A stretch of DNA of 64,000 nucleotides, taken from assembly GCA_964016885.1 (NCBI GenBank), contig OZ024740.1:386508001-386572000 (forward strand). The letters run 5' to 3'. This document shows positions 43,166-54,659 of this stretch, one piece after another (within the stretch, counting starts at the first letter, position 1; every line of letters starts with the position of its first letter). Source of the DNA: Eledone cirrhosa (taxonomy: Eukaryota). Position numbers and translations under genes: made by a program. The notes below the pieces were generated by a model. That model was not told where the DNA came from, made no database searches, and worked only from the letters and a program-made list of their open reading frames with translations.

Positions 43166-43261
43166 GCTGTAATTAGATGTGAGCCAAAAAAGTGATGTAT
43201 TGAGGGGAAAGAGACCACTCTATATAGTGAATAAGTGGGGATTATTTACAGATCAAGTATT

Positions 43262-43610
43262 GGTGGTTTGGTTCAGTTATGCGATAGGCATTTCTCAAAG
43301 AGTTTGTATTTACAGAAAATTTCAGACCTAGAGTTAAAATAGAGTTCAGTGCCACAATGTTGTTTAACGATGAGGCTTTTCTCTGCTATGCAAAGATTAC
43401 ATCTTTTACTTCCATTCTTATAAGGTTTTGATCTTTTACTAATCTTCCATTTGATGTTATAATTGGACACATTTTCTTCTAATCACCAGATGTAGTTTCC
43501 TAATTTAGTTCCATTTTTATTTTGGGGTGTGTCTAAAAGTAGAAGTATGATTGTTGTATTTTTGTCTGAACTGCCTCTTGATTATTCCTATGTAGCATAT
43601 TTTTCATTCA
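43262..43610 (-). mobile_element. Penelope-like (Neptune-type) GIY-YIG endonuclease C-terminal remnant
   Basis: YNNHTSTFR...LGNYIW followed by IKWKISKRSKPYKNGSKRCNLCIAEKSLI...NSRSEI, motifs typical of PLE endonuclease C-termini. Confidence 0.75.
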
Positions 43611-43779
43611 CATTTTTCAGGTTCTCTAATCAAGACTTCTTTATCAGACTCCTTTTTCTGCTTATGCATCTTTATCAATAGACATAAATATATCCTGTGA
43701 AATGCTCTTTCAATCCCAATTAATAAAAATTGACTTTATCTGATAAACATTTTAGCAGGATTCTGAAATCCTTTGAAGT

Positions 43780-45540
43780 ATTGTCTTCTATAATAGATCT
43801 GGTCACCTGCAACAAAATCCTCATCAGTGCAACATCACACATTAGATCTCAGTGCTTTACTAATTCTTTCACAAGACTCAGATTCCATGAAACTCTTGGT
43901 CAGTTAGAATTGAGGCTGTTAACAAGAAACCAAATGCAAGTTTATATGGACTTTGTCCCAAGTGATTCTGGATTGCCTTCAAGCGATGATAGCCCATGCC
44001 AGTACTACCTCTGGTTCACACTTTTCTCTTTCTGCATTGCTTCAGCCGTTATTAGGGTATAGTACTCTACACTGTAATTATTAAATGGACTACAAAGTTG
44101 TTAGAGTGTTAGACAAATGCACAGCAGTGTTTTTCTGGTTCTTTATGTTCTGGTTCAAATCCTGCTGAAGTCAACTTTGTCTTTCATCCTTTCAGGTTTG
44201 ATATAATTAAGTACCAGAGAAGTACTGGGGGCAATTTAAATGACTTCTTAAAATTGTTGGCCTGGTGTCTAAGTAGAAACCACTATCAAATGGACTTTCT
44301 TAAAAAAAATGACCAGAGTTCCAAGAGATATTCACATCAAAAATATTTTTGTAGCAATTGCTTCCATTTTGTTTTAATTTTGTAGTGACACCAATAAGAT
44401 ATAAAATCCATGACTACGTGAGAATGTGCTCCTTCACATCAAGGAAACTTTTGTCACTAAACTGGTATCAAGAAGGAAATCCTGCTACTGATCCCAGTGG
44501 AGGTTTTCTAAACTGACAAATCTCACATGAATAACAGATTTCTTTGAATTCCAGAAATTCATCATCTTTCAAACTAAGAACACCAGAGTTTTTTTTTAAG
44601 CATGAACAAAATCTCAGTGGAGTTTTTCATCCTGCGTCATCTCTTCTCTAGAGCACTGATTTAGAGTTTGCACGTTACACAATGTTGAGCATATTGCAAC
44701 CTTCAAACAGCATGTTAATTAAAGGAAAACAATAGCAATCAGTTTACAGCTTTACATATCTACCTTAACCCTTTAGCATTTACATTACTCTATATAGACT
44801 ATTATATTTTTGTGGTAAAGGCACTCACAATTATCTTACATAATATCAAATCTATGAGATTTTGATATCTATTTTGAGAACAACACCTAACACCAGTATG
44901 AGTGGTCTGTTATGGTTGGTTTGAACAGAAAGAGGTGAGAAAATTATATCTGGATATGGCCAGTTTAAATGCTAAAGGGTTAAATTTAACTAAAATCATT
45001 TTAAAGTCCAACAGTTTTCATTGATTAATGACTTAGGAACAGGGCTAAATCCTTTTCTTCAGTATCAACTTCAATATAAACTATGAAACCTTATATACTA
45101 ACAGGAAATTGGACAACTCCACTGCTGCTCTATTGTCAAAAGAGAAAGTCGTGCCAGGTTTACCAACCTTGTTCAAATCCTTATCACTATCATTCAATGT
45201 ACCTAGGAACTCTACTAACCAGCGTTCTCTGGCAATTATACGAGTACAAGTGGAGTTTAACACTGCATTACCAAGCATCTCCTTCACAAGTTTCTATAAT
45301 AAACAAGTTCTCACAACTGGTGCATCCAATCAGAGTGACACTCCAGATGTTTGATTGTGTGTCCATCATGACATTTCAGAGGGCCTTACTGGCAAAATGC
45401 TTATTAAATTTACACTTAAAACATTACAGGATCTTACCTTCTCGGTCTGTAGGATTTAATTTACCATCACTCTAAGATTGATAATTATCTATATAAACTC
45501 ATTTACCACTTCTTCCTTGTAGTTAAAGTTTATAGTCTCT
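43780..45540 (-). mobile_element. Decayed Ty1/Copia (GalEa-like) LTR retrotransposon gag-pol fragment
   Basis: The minus strand gives, in order: zinc knuckle (LNPTDREGKIL*CFKCKFNKHFASK), protease-like AVLNSTCTRIIARERWL, integrase Zn finger (KLH..FVHA..CYSCEICQFRKPP) and integrase C-part (LAWAI..QNHLGQSPYKLAFG..KALRSNV..GDQIYYRR). Many stops and frameshifts; interrupted by a SINE and a MITE. Confidence 0.72.
44765..44983. mobile_element. piggyBac-type MITE inserted in the Copia remnant
   Basis: TTAA-CCCTTTAGCATTTA...TAAATGCTAAAGGG-TTAA. Confidence 0.88.
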
Positions 45541-46899
45541 GGTTTAGATTTCACATCTTGGTATTACACCATCCCTTGATGAAATATCTCCAAATACCTT
45601 CTTCATGGCTTCTTATGTTAGTACGAGTAGCACATGCTAATTTTTCCTTTTCCTCTGAAATGTCAGTATTTAACACAAAAATGGCTTGAACACCTTCCGG
45701 TAAAACAATTCCAAATTTTGATAAAGAGTTTTATAACGAATGTGAAATGTATTAATACTGATGCCAGAAGTCTTCTGTAAGAATAGATTTCTTTAAAAGT
45801 CATGCAAGCTTTTGTATTCTCATCATGAAGGTAAATTTTCTCAAGGTTGAGCATGGTATGATTTTCATCGAATGAGTTTTTATCAAAAGTACTTTTTACT
45901 GAAACAGTTCCTCACTGAAACAAGTTCTCATACAATAATCTTCTAAATATATTCCACCGAGTAACTTGCTATTGAAACAAATTTTTATCAAATAATTTTG
46001 TAAATATATTTTCAGTGAATGATTTTTATCAAAACTACTTTTCATAGAATCATTTTGTAAATAATTACTTTGTAGAATACTTTAAAATATGGAATAATTT
46101 TAAAAATAGAATAACTTTGAATAGAATTCCTATCCACAAATATATTACTTTAAAACTTTAAAAATTTCTACTTCTGCGACAGCAGAAGATTATTTAATTA
46201 TTAACAGAAGGATATCTAGTTATAATGTTATTTAGTTGTTTTGTAGACTGCCACAATGTTTTTGATGTTGGACTCAAACAATTACAAATCACATGAATGT
46301 TGGCAAAAAAAAAAAAAAATTCTGTACAAAATATTTATAAAATTATTCTATGAAAAGTCATTTAGAAAAAAGTTGTTTGATAATAAAAATCTTGATACCA
46401 AGTTTGAGACGAGTGTCTTTAGCAAGGCTTTTAGATGCTAGATCATGGATACATTCAAGGATATTAGAAGGAAAAGAGAAGAACACAGCAGGAACTTGCT
46501 TTGCTCTGGCAGATCTGTATAAAGAGCTAAAATATCAAAATTCTTGTAACCATTTTATTTATAATTCTTTGCTAGACAGAGTTGGCAACTGCTTTGCAAA
46601 ATCCCACATCAGATCTAAATCATACCACAGCAGGCTGAACATTCTCTTAGTGCTTAGTCATATGTAAAATGGCCACTGTGTTTCCAGCTGTTATTTTGTT
46701 ATGTGTAAACAAAAGGAAGATAAGTCACACATCAACAGATTGTATGAAATGTATTTGTAATATCCTTCCTTAATGTGGGTCTGATGGTATTTTGAGATAA
46801 AGCTAATCCATTGACTTTATAATCCCAAATCTATTAAAGTAAATCCTTAGTACATCTCAAATGTCATTATCATTTTACATCAGCTTTCCATATTAGCAA

Positions 46900-48050
46900 T
46901 ATAACACAAGTTAGATGAGATGCTATTCAACTTTGTACTAGAAAGAGATACTAGTGATGCCCTTTTCCTCTTGGGATAACTGCAGAAGTACTTAGCTTAT
47001 GAGCAAGCCTCTGTATCTAGCATTCATCAACTTAGAAAAATCCTTTGACAGGGTCCCTGCTTTGTAATCTTGTGAAGGCTGAGGAAATTGGATGTAGCTG
47101 AATGATTTGTGAGAGTTGTACAAGCCATGTACAGAGGTGCAACCAACAAGCTGAAAGTTGAAAATTATTATAGTGATGAATTTAACATGCAGCTAGTAGT
47201 CCACAGGGGCTCAGTAATCAGCCTCTTTCTTTCTATAATTGTTCTTCAGGCCATAACAGAAGCGTTTAAGACCAGCTGTATATGGGAACTTCTACATGCC
47301 GATAGCCTCGTTCTTATAGCTAAATCTGCAGAAAAGTTAGAGACAAAATTCCAGACATAGAAAACCTGGAAAAAAAAGGCCTGAACATAAACTTATAGAC
47401 TAAAGTTTTAATAGGTTGGAAAGAAGACAGAACATTGATACCACCAAGGAAATCACTTTGCTCAATATACAGACAAGAAGGAGAATTTCCATATGGCGCA
47501 CTCTGTGTAAACTATTCTCACAAAAGACAGTGGAATTACAGGTATGCTATCAGATAAGGCGGGTTTTGTATGAGTAGATGGACAGGAGCAATAAGTGCTA
47601 TCATCATCATCACCATCGTTTAACATCTATCTTCCACGCTAGCATGTACACACATAAAATAGATTCTGTTGAATGCTTGGAAAGCTCCTTAGAAGTTATT
47701 GATAACTTTCATTAGCAAGGTGACCTAGTCAGTATTACAAAAGCATAGTAGCTAGAGACAGAATAGATAAAGAAAAGTTCAAGGAGCTATTATTGCTACT
47801 AGCTTTTCTCTTAGAGTAAACTATGCAATGTAGTATAGCAGCAGGATGCAGGTTCTGAATGCAGATTTGCAAAGACTAAAAAGAAATGAAGCAAGAAATG
47901 AGAGAAGACTACAGAGGTTTGAACAAGTAATGCCAGAAGATGACAGTAGCAGACTTAAAGTGAATGAAAGACATGGGTTAAAGTGTTGAAGACTGACCTC
48001 AAGAAGCTGGACCTGGTGGCAGTTCTCCCACCACCAGTACAAGCAAAGTG
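46900..48050 (+). mobile_element. Degenerate RTE-clade LINE RT fragment
   Basis: VQAMYRGA..VHRGSVISLFL..WELLHADSLVLIA; many disablements. Confidence 0.85.
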
Positions 48051-48223
48051 CTCAATGTACTGCTAATTAATTTCTCCTCGTTCTCTACCTACAGCCTTAC
48101 ATCCTACTGCTTCCCTCTTCACCAACTATTGTATCTTATATGAATCACTGCTATGTAGTGAGGTGTACCATTTGGGTCATCTATATCAATTCCCACCTAT
48201 GACAACTCATTACTTCTCTCGTC

Positions 48224-48406
48224 GTGAATTGGCAGTATCGGTAGAGGGTTGGATGCCATGCTTTCTAGCATAGTTACGTCCCTTTACAGTCTGAGTTCAA
48301 ATCCCGCCGAGGTTAACTTTGCCTTTTATTCTTACGGGGTCGATAAAATAAAGTACCAGTAATGTACTGGGTTATTGCTGGCCTTGTGCCTAAAGTAGAA
48401 ACAATT
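48224..48406 (+). mobile_element. tRNA-derived SINE (Meta-domain-like) with 15-bp TSD; representative of about 20 copies in the window
   Basis: A box TGGCAGTATCGG, B box GAGTTCAAAT, central gccttt(c)at(c)cttacggggtcgataaaataaagtaccag; TSD ATTACTTCTCTCGTC at 48209-48223 and 48407-48421. Confidence 0.9.
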
Positions 48407-51105
48407 ATTACTTCTCTCGTCATAATTATCAATGTACTTCTTCCACCATCACTAATCTGCTCTTTTACCTATTTTTCACCTTCACAGAATTGCCATGAGG
48501 AAGGGTATTTGATCTGCCAACATTCATTGCCCTGATCAGCATCATCTTCCATTGTTCCCCATAGCTCTCTCTTTCTATCTTTGTTCTGTCCTGTCACCTA
48601 CTGCTAGACATCATTTTCTCTTCCTCATATGGCTTTTGGTTGATATCTGTCACATGCCATTATCCATCCTTCACACCCCCACTTTACACTTCTATTGTTG
48701 TTGCCCATTAAACTTCTTAACAACAACCAGTCATGTAGTCTTCTCCCACTCTCTCTATTACTCTTGTCCACGCTACCCCATCATTCTGTCTAGCCCACTA
48801 CACTCACCATACATCTGCTCTCCTTAACCACTTTTCCCCTTCCATTTTTCCTCTTGATCATGTTTTCCTTGGAGCAAGATGACCTTTCTAGTATTTGTGC
48901 AACTGCAAAATACACCCAATACACCCTGTATAGTGTTTGGCATCCATCGATAAGAACACAGGGTAGGTAACATTTTTCAGTCACTTCTAACACCTGACAA
49001 CCTCTCTGGTGCTGGTGCCATGATTAAATGCACTAAGTACACTCTAAAAGTGGTTGGTATTAGCAAAAGGCATCTGGTTGAAGAAACCAAGCCGAAAATG
49101 CGTTGAGAGGACTTCAGTCACTTTAAGGTCATAACAGCTTCCCTAGTGCTACAAACAAAAAAGAGATGTAATTCCTTTGTACTATTAAAACAATTATTTG
49201 CTGAATCATAGATATTACTGGTCCCCTTATTAGTGCTAATTAGGTCACCTAGGCAATACAACTTATAGACTACTCCCACCAAAATATCAATAATGTTCAG
49301 AGATTTCAGTCCTTGCAGTCACACAGTCAACATATTTTTGAAATTCTGCAATACACCTTATGCAGCCAATGATTGTACTACCAACATAACATGGAGATTA
49401 TACTAATTATCATTATCCCATAGTTGATGTTACTGGATTTTAAAAAAAAAAATCTTCGTCGTGTTAATAATAATGGTTTCTCATTGAGACACAAGGCCAC
49501 AATTTGTGGGGAAAGGGGCGTTAAACTGACTCAGTATTTTACTGGTACTTTATTTAATCAACTCGGAAAAGATGAAAAGTTGACCTCAGCGAGATTCAAA
49601 CTCAGAATGTAAAGAATTTTGTCCGACATTCTAACGATTCTGCCAATCCAACGCCCTAATAACTGTTTCTACTTTTGGCACAAGGCCAGCAATTACCCAG
49701 TACATTACTGGTACTTTATTTTATCGACCCCGTAAGGATGAAAGGCAAAGTTAACCTTGGCGGGATTTGAACTCAGAATGGCAAGGGTCGTAACTGAGTC
49801 AAAGCATGGCGTTCGACCCGCTACCGATACTGCCAATAATTAATAACAGAGCACTTGAGTGGCGCCATATATCCATCGAAATGAAATAGTGTTAACAGGC
49901 ACCCTAATCGTTCATACATTTGAACATATACATAAATCCACTTGTTGAATTTTCTTGTGATATCCGAAAGTGTTACCATAGGTCCTCTTTCTATTACCAT
50001 TCCGTGCTGGGAACTATGATGTTTGTAGACAACAGATTAGGAAAGGTATACAATCTGGAATGACTTTATAAAGTGCCAAAGATAAAGATGAACAAGTGCG
50101 GTGTCAAGAATAGTCTAATAGAAATTTCTTTATCAAGACTTATGAAGGTGCCCGCGCAGATACAATATGTGTATGAGTGTACTTAAGAGTAAGATTAAAT
50201 TCCTTGCATTGTCGAGGATCTGTCTTACTAAAGATATTAGAATGTAGTGATATATTATTTTGTTTCGTTAACGTGTTTCTTCTATAAGAGAGTACTAAAT
50301 ATATTAAAGCACCAAATTGAAATACAGCAATATATAAAATGTATTATTGTGAGGAATATTTATATACGGAAATATTTGAGAAGACAGACAACGCAGGTTT
50401 ATGCAGAAAAAAATAAATAATAATAATTCGAAAATGAAAGAAATCAACAAATTAAATAAACGAACAAACAAACAAAAAGACACGAATTTGATAGTTGAAT
50501 TTAAATTATTAAAGCAACATTAAATAACAAAAACTCAACGCGGAAAACCTCCATTAGATCATTCAATTTTTTTCTTTAAAATTATCGAGGATTTCCGTTT
50601 AAATGTTAATTTAAAACAAGATTAACGAAATGTAAATAACTATATTTTTTAAGGGTAGCAAACTCACAAAACACGTGGAAGCAATGTATTTAGGTAGAAT
50701 AGGTATTTATAGTTGTTAAAATCTGTGTTGTTCAACTATCCAGCTGTTGATATAACATTATTCTGTTGTTACGTTCGTGTTTACGCATATAAAAGACTTC
50801 GCTCAAGTCAGGTCACACTCACAGTTGAAGGTAAGTGGTTTGGGTTATATTAAATAAAAAACACAACCACACACAAAGTTAAAAAGATTTCAATAGTAAA
50901 TTAAACTTGGCCGGAACGATAGCTTGATATGAAGTACTATTACAAAGTAATAGTGGAATAAATATTAGTAGCACTAAATAAATAAACTATTACTGTTATT
51001 ATTATCAATTATTATTATTATTTCAATAAATTAAAAGAAAGAAAAATAATAATACATTAACTGGAGAATAGAAAACAATTAGCGTTTAAAATATATTCCA
51101 GGTTG

Positions 51106-51729
51106 TCATTGATTAGTACCCACGTTTTTGTCCGTTGATGAGCCGGAGGAAGAGAAACAACAAGATTTAGTGGATGCTCGACTGGTCATATTCACTGTGT
51201 TGTCATCTACATTATTGTCGTTGATTGGTGGCAGTCTTTGAGCAATAGATGTGAACAATTGGGGAATATTTACCGCAACCAAGGCACTAGTTTCCACGAA
51301 AATAGCCTGTATAGAGTCAGCGTAAGCTTGGGCATCTTTAGCAGACACCTCTCGAAGATCCTCGGAATCGCATTTATTTCCTGCAAGAGCAATAACTGCG
51401 TCAGTGACACCATGTTTCCGTAATCTTTTCACCCATTCTTTAGCAGATCTGTATGATGATTCCTTCGTAATATCATAGACCACAATAGCAGCAGCTGCAC
51501 CTCGAAAATACATAGGTGCTAATGCATGGTATTTCTCTTGTCCTGCTGTATCCCAGATTTGGAAACGGAATGTTTTGCTGTCCAACACTAAGTTCTTGAC
51601 CATGAAAGAAGCTCCTATCGTGCTGCCTGGATTCTCGCGAAAAGTGTTTGTCACAAAACGCCAGACAATGCTCGTCTTTCCGACACCACTGTCTCCTAGC
51701 AAACAAATCTTTACGTCCCTCAAAGCCAT
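51106..51729 (-). CDS. Rab22/Rab31-like small GTPase (Rab5 subfamily), single-exon CDS, 207 aa
   Basis: Uninterrupted ORF MALRDVKICLLGDSGVGKTS (G1), TIGASF (switch I), WDTAGQE (G3), LAPMYFRGA, GNKCD (G4), ETSAL (G5). The N-terminus and the YADSIxAIFVETSA segment match Rab22A/Rab31. KSCC lies near the C-terminus. Confidence 0.93.
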   Translation of the reverse strand: MALRDVKICLLGDSGVGKTSIVWRFVTNTFRENPGSTIGASFMVKNLVLDSKTFRFQIWDTAGQEKYHALAPMYFRGAAAAIVVYDITKESSYRSAKEWVKRLRKHGVTDAVIALAGNKCDSEDLREVSAKDAQAYADSIQAIFVETSALVAVNIPQLFTSIAQRLPPINDNNVDDNTVNMTSRASTKSCCFSSSGSSTDKNVGTNQ

Positions 51730-52020
51730 CTGAAGAGCGTTGTGTTTATTCTTTGTTGTTCAGTTTTTTTCCTGTAGGGCGTGTTTCGCATTTATAACGC
51801 GTTCACAGTTGTATTTTCTATGCTATGCAACAGAATGTAATAGACCGAAGCTCATTGCGAACAAGCCTGTCCCTACATAGGGAGGTTACCAGTGGCGAGT
51901 TACCATAAACAGTATTTAAGCGTATACAAAATCACAACAGTCCACTAATAATTCTAACAGGCGCTAGCCATCTTTGCTAATAATCAGGTGACAGGAAGTT
52001 AAGCTAGTTACTCTGAGTCG
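51730..52020 (-). promoter_or_regulatory. Putative Rab promoter/5' UTR region
   Basis: Non-repetitive, CpG-retaining sequence directly upstream of the ATG, with TATAAA on the minus strand at 51791-51796. CTCTTCAG just before the ATG could instead be a splice acceptor for a 5' UTR intron. Confidence 0.35.
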
Positions 52021-52239
52021 TAAAAGAAGACCTTCATATTTTTATTTCTGAAGGAAGTAACTCGACATTAGTTATTGCTATAGTTACCTCCCTTAAAAAA
52101 AATATTTGCCTTTATAATTCACGAGCGTTTTAGAGGTAAAATTAAAATGCAATTAAAGCGATATGTAAAATACAATAAAATATATGTATTTTTGCATCCC
52201 TGTATTTGTGTTGTCATTTCTTTAACACACACTCTCTCA

Positions 52240-52267
<28 letters not shown>

Positions 52268-52273
<6 letters not shown>

Positions 52274-52665
52274 CATAAATCATGTCCTTGGAATTATTAG
52301 ATAAAATATATACCATTTCCTCTCCCAATTAGCATAATTAACCATATAAAAAATCAATTAGGCTATAAGAATAAAGGCTCCTATGAAGAAATATTTGATA
52401 AATAACCGAAAGCGGGCTCTTCGCGGTGACCACAATAGAGTATTTACCCAACATTTCAACAGCATGTAGAAACAACTGACTAAATATACCGTCAACCATA
52501 CACAATTAGGTGTAAATTTAAACTTAGAAGAAACGTGTACATTTCTAATGTCTAATTGATTTTTTAATTATTTAATTGATTTTTAATATGGTTAATTATG
52601 CTAATTGGGAGAGGAAATGGTATATATTTTATCTAATAATTCCAAGGACATGATTTATGATATAT
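52268..52665. repeat. Fold-back element, ~93-bp inverted arms next to (TA)n
   Basis: 52268-52360 is the near-exact reverse complement of 52573-52665. Confidence 0.9.
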
Positions 52666-52821
52666 TGCTCTGATTATTTAATTTATTAATTCTTCATTGA
52701 GCCACATCGTGACCGGTTGCCACATATATATCTGTGACTTTATGTATATATAAATCTTTATATACATAACGGCGATGAATTAGTTTTGCGAGGTTTTTGA
52801 TATGAAATCGTGTGTCGAAAC

Positions 52822-53381
52822 AAATATTGTTATACTTGGGGAGGGTCATATTTGTGTAATATTGCCAGAATTAATAACAGAACACACTCACTGTTTGGTT
52901 GGTTTTCGCTTTTCGCTTCTGTGTCTTTTATATCGGTAATCTAATTTATTCGGTCCTCAATGTTGACTGACCAACGGTAAAAAATAATACAGATACAAAA
53001 TAGACACAAACACATATATATAGTTTATCAAAGTTTTTTCGTTGCACATCTGCAACATCGTCAGTGGTGCTATTGTTTCCATCCTGGCGTAGAAAATACA
53101 ATGCAACGGGAGGAAACAATAGCACTACTGACGATGTTGCAGATGTGCAACGAAAGAACTTTGATAAACTATATATATGTGTTTGTGTCTATATTGTATC
53201 TGTATTATTTTTGACCGTCGGTCAGTCAATGGCAACATTGAGGACCGAATAAATTAGATTACCGATATAAAAGACACAGAAGCGAAAAGCGAAAACCAAC
53301 CAAACAGTGAGTGTGTTCTGTTATTAATTCTGGCAATATTACACAAATATGCCCCCCCCCCCCCTAAGTATAACAATATTT
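52822..53381. repeat. Long near-perfect inverted repeat (~260-bp arms, ~30-bp spacer) ending in (TA)n
   Basis: 52822-53080 is the reverse complement of 53112-53381 with few mismatches. Confidence 0.95.
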
Positions 53382-53393
53382 ATATATATATAT

Positions 53394-53441
<48 letters not shown>

Positions 53442-53446
<5 letters not shown>

Positions 53447-53535
53447 AAAAAGTATGACCCCCGACGGCAATTTCAGTCCAGAAATAGCCGTCGAAACGGC
53501 TTGAACTCTGCCGTCGGGGTCATACTTTTTCCTAT
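53442..53535. repeat. Short fold-back element, related to the hairpin at 54573-54670
   Basis: ATAGGAAAAAGTATGACCCC(C)GACGGCA ... TGCCGTCGGGGTCATACTTTTTCCTAT; the same core recurs after the (TA)n at 54573. Confidence 0.85.
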
Positions 53536-53911
53536 TTCCCACTCTACTACCCTAAGTATTGAGTACTCTGGTGCGTTATGGTCCATCTGGTTCCTTACCA
53601 CAATTCCTTTGTTATATATATATGGGGTGAAGTGGTATCTTGTCTTAAAAGCGTAGAAATATCCTAGACAACCAGTAGACAACTGATGAGGAACTCCCCC
53701 CCCCCCCATGTTCTTGCTTTCTTCGTATTCCAACTGCATTTTAAGTTACCTTAAATAGCAACTACACAGCCTCCGTGGTATTTTCTTCGTGGTTATAAGA
53801 GGCTTAGCTCTGTTTCTCGACCGTTATATCGCGTGACTATCTCCCCCTCCGCCTTTTGGGATTCTTTCTCACGTCGTGTAGACGCGTTCTTGAGACTAGT
53901 AAAATGAGGTA

Positions 53912-53999
53912 TCCTCTTGATAAGTTGGCAGACCTCGCAAGGACTCTATATCTTTGATATATTGTTTTTGTTTATGCCACGAAACTACGTAGTCGAGGA
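53912..53999 (+). ncRNA. Type I minimal hammerhead ribozyme, U3-A8 core variant
   Basis: Stem I TCCTC/GAGGA; core TTGATAA (53917-53923); stem II G(T)TGGCA/TGCCAC with a long loop; GAAAC; palindromic stem III ACTACGTAGT; cleavage triplet GTC at 53992-53994. Confidence 0.75.
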
Positions 54000-54224
54000 A
54001 TTTAGGAACAGTTTAGGTATGATACATTTTATTACTAATTATATCTAAATGTTTCTTCTCTCTTCATAATGTATTTTTAACTCTGATACTGGTTCAGTCT
54101 GGTTCAAACTGAATTGGTCTGTCCCAGTCATTCATTGAGCAACATCGGTGAAGTTGGCACCCTTAACTCACAGTTGGGTGCGGATGCATTCATGTATATA
54201 TGTGTGTGTCCGCATGTATCTGTG

Positions 54225-54282
<58 letters not shown>

Positions 54283-54544
54283 AGGGAGTGTAACGCGGAG
54301 TTACTGTAGGTTGACCCGGGTGAGCACTCGATGTTTAGGTTCACGTCAGTAGCGAGGTGTAGAGCTAGACAGAGTGTAATATAATAATACAAGGACGAAT
54401 AGTTACTCCTTCATTACGTTTACACAGTCGGGCTAGATCGATACAGGTCGATCCTTGAGCTGATCAGTAGCGAAACGCGCGTCACCAACCAATAAATGTA
54501 ATTCGTCCTTGTATTGTATATATATATATTGTATATATATATAT

Positions 54545-54577
<33 letters not shown>

Positions 54578-54659
54578 GAAAATGTTAAACCCCGACGGCA
54601 GAGCTGAAGCTGTTTCGACGGCTATTTCTGGACTGAAATAGTCCAGAAATTGCCATCGA

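Noticed and set aside
48224-48310. tRNA gene suggested by A/B boxes
   Set aside because: It is the head of a multi-copy SINE with extended box spacing and no cloverleaf.
52395-52425. TTGATAA..GAAAG-CGGG-CTC as a U3-A8 hammerhead
   Set aside because: Neither stem II nor an adjacent stem I can be formed.
53683-53715. CTGATGA-GGAAC..GTTC as a hammerhead
   Set aside because: No GAAA or stem III follows stem II.
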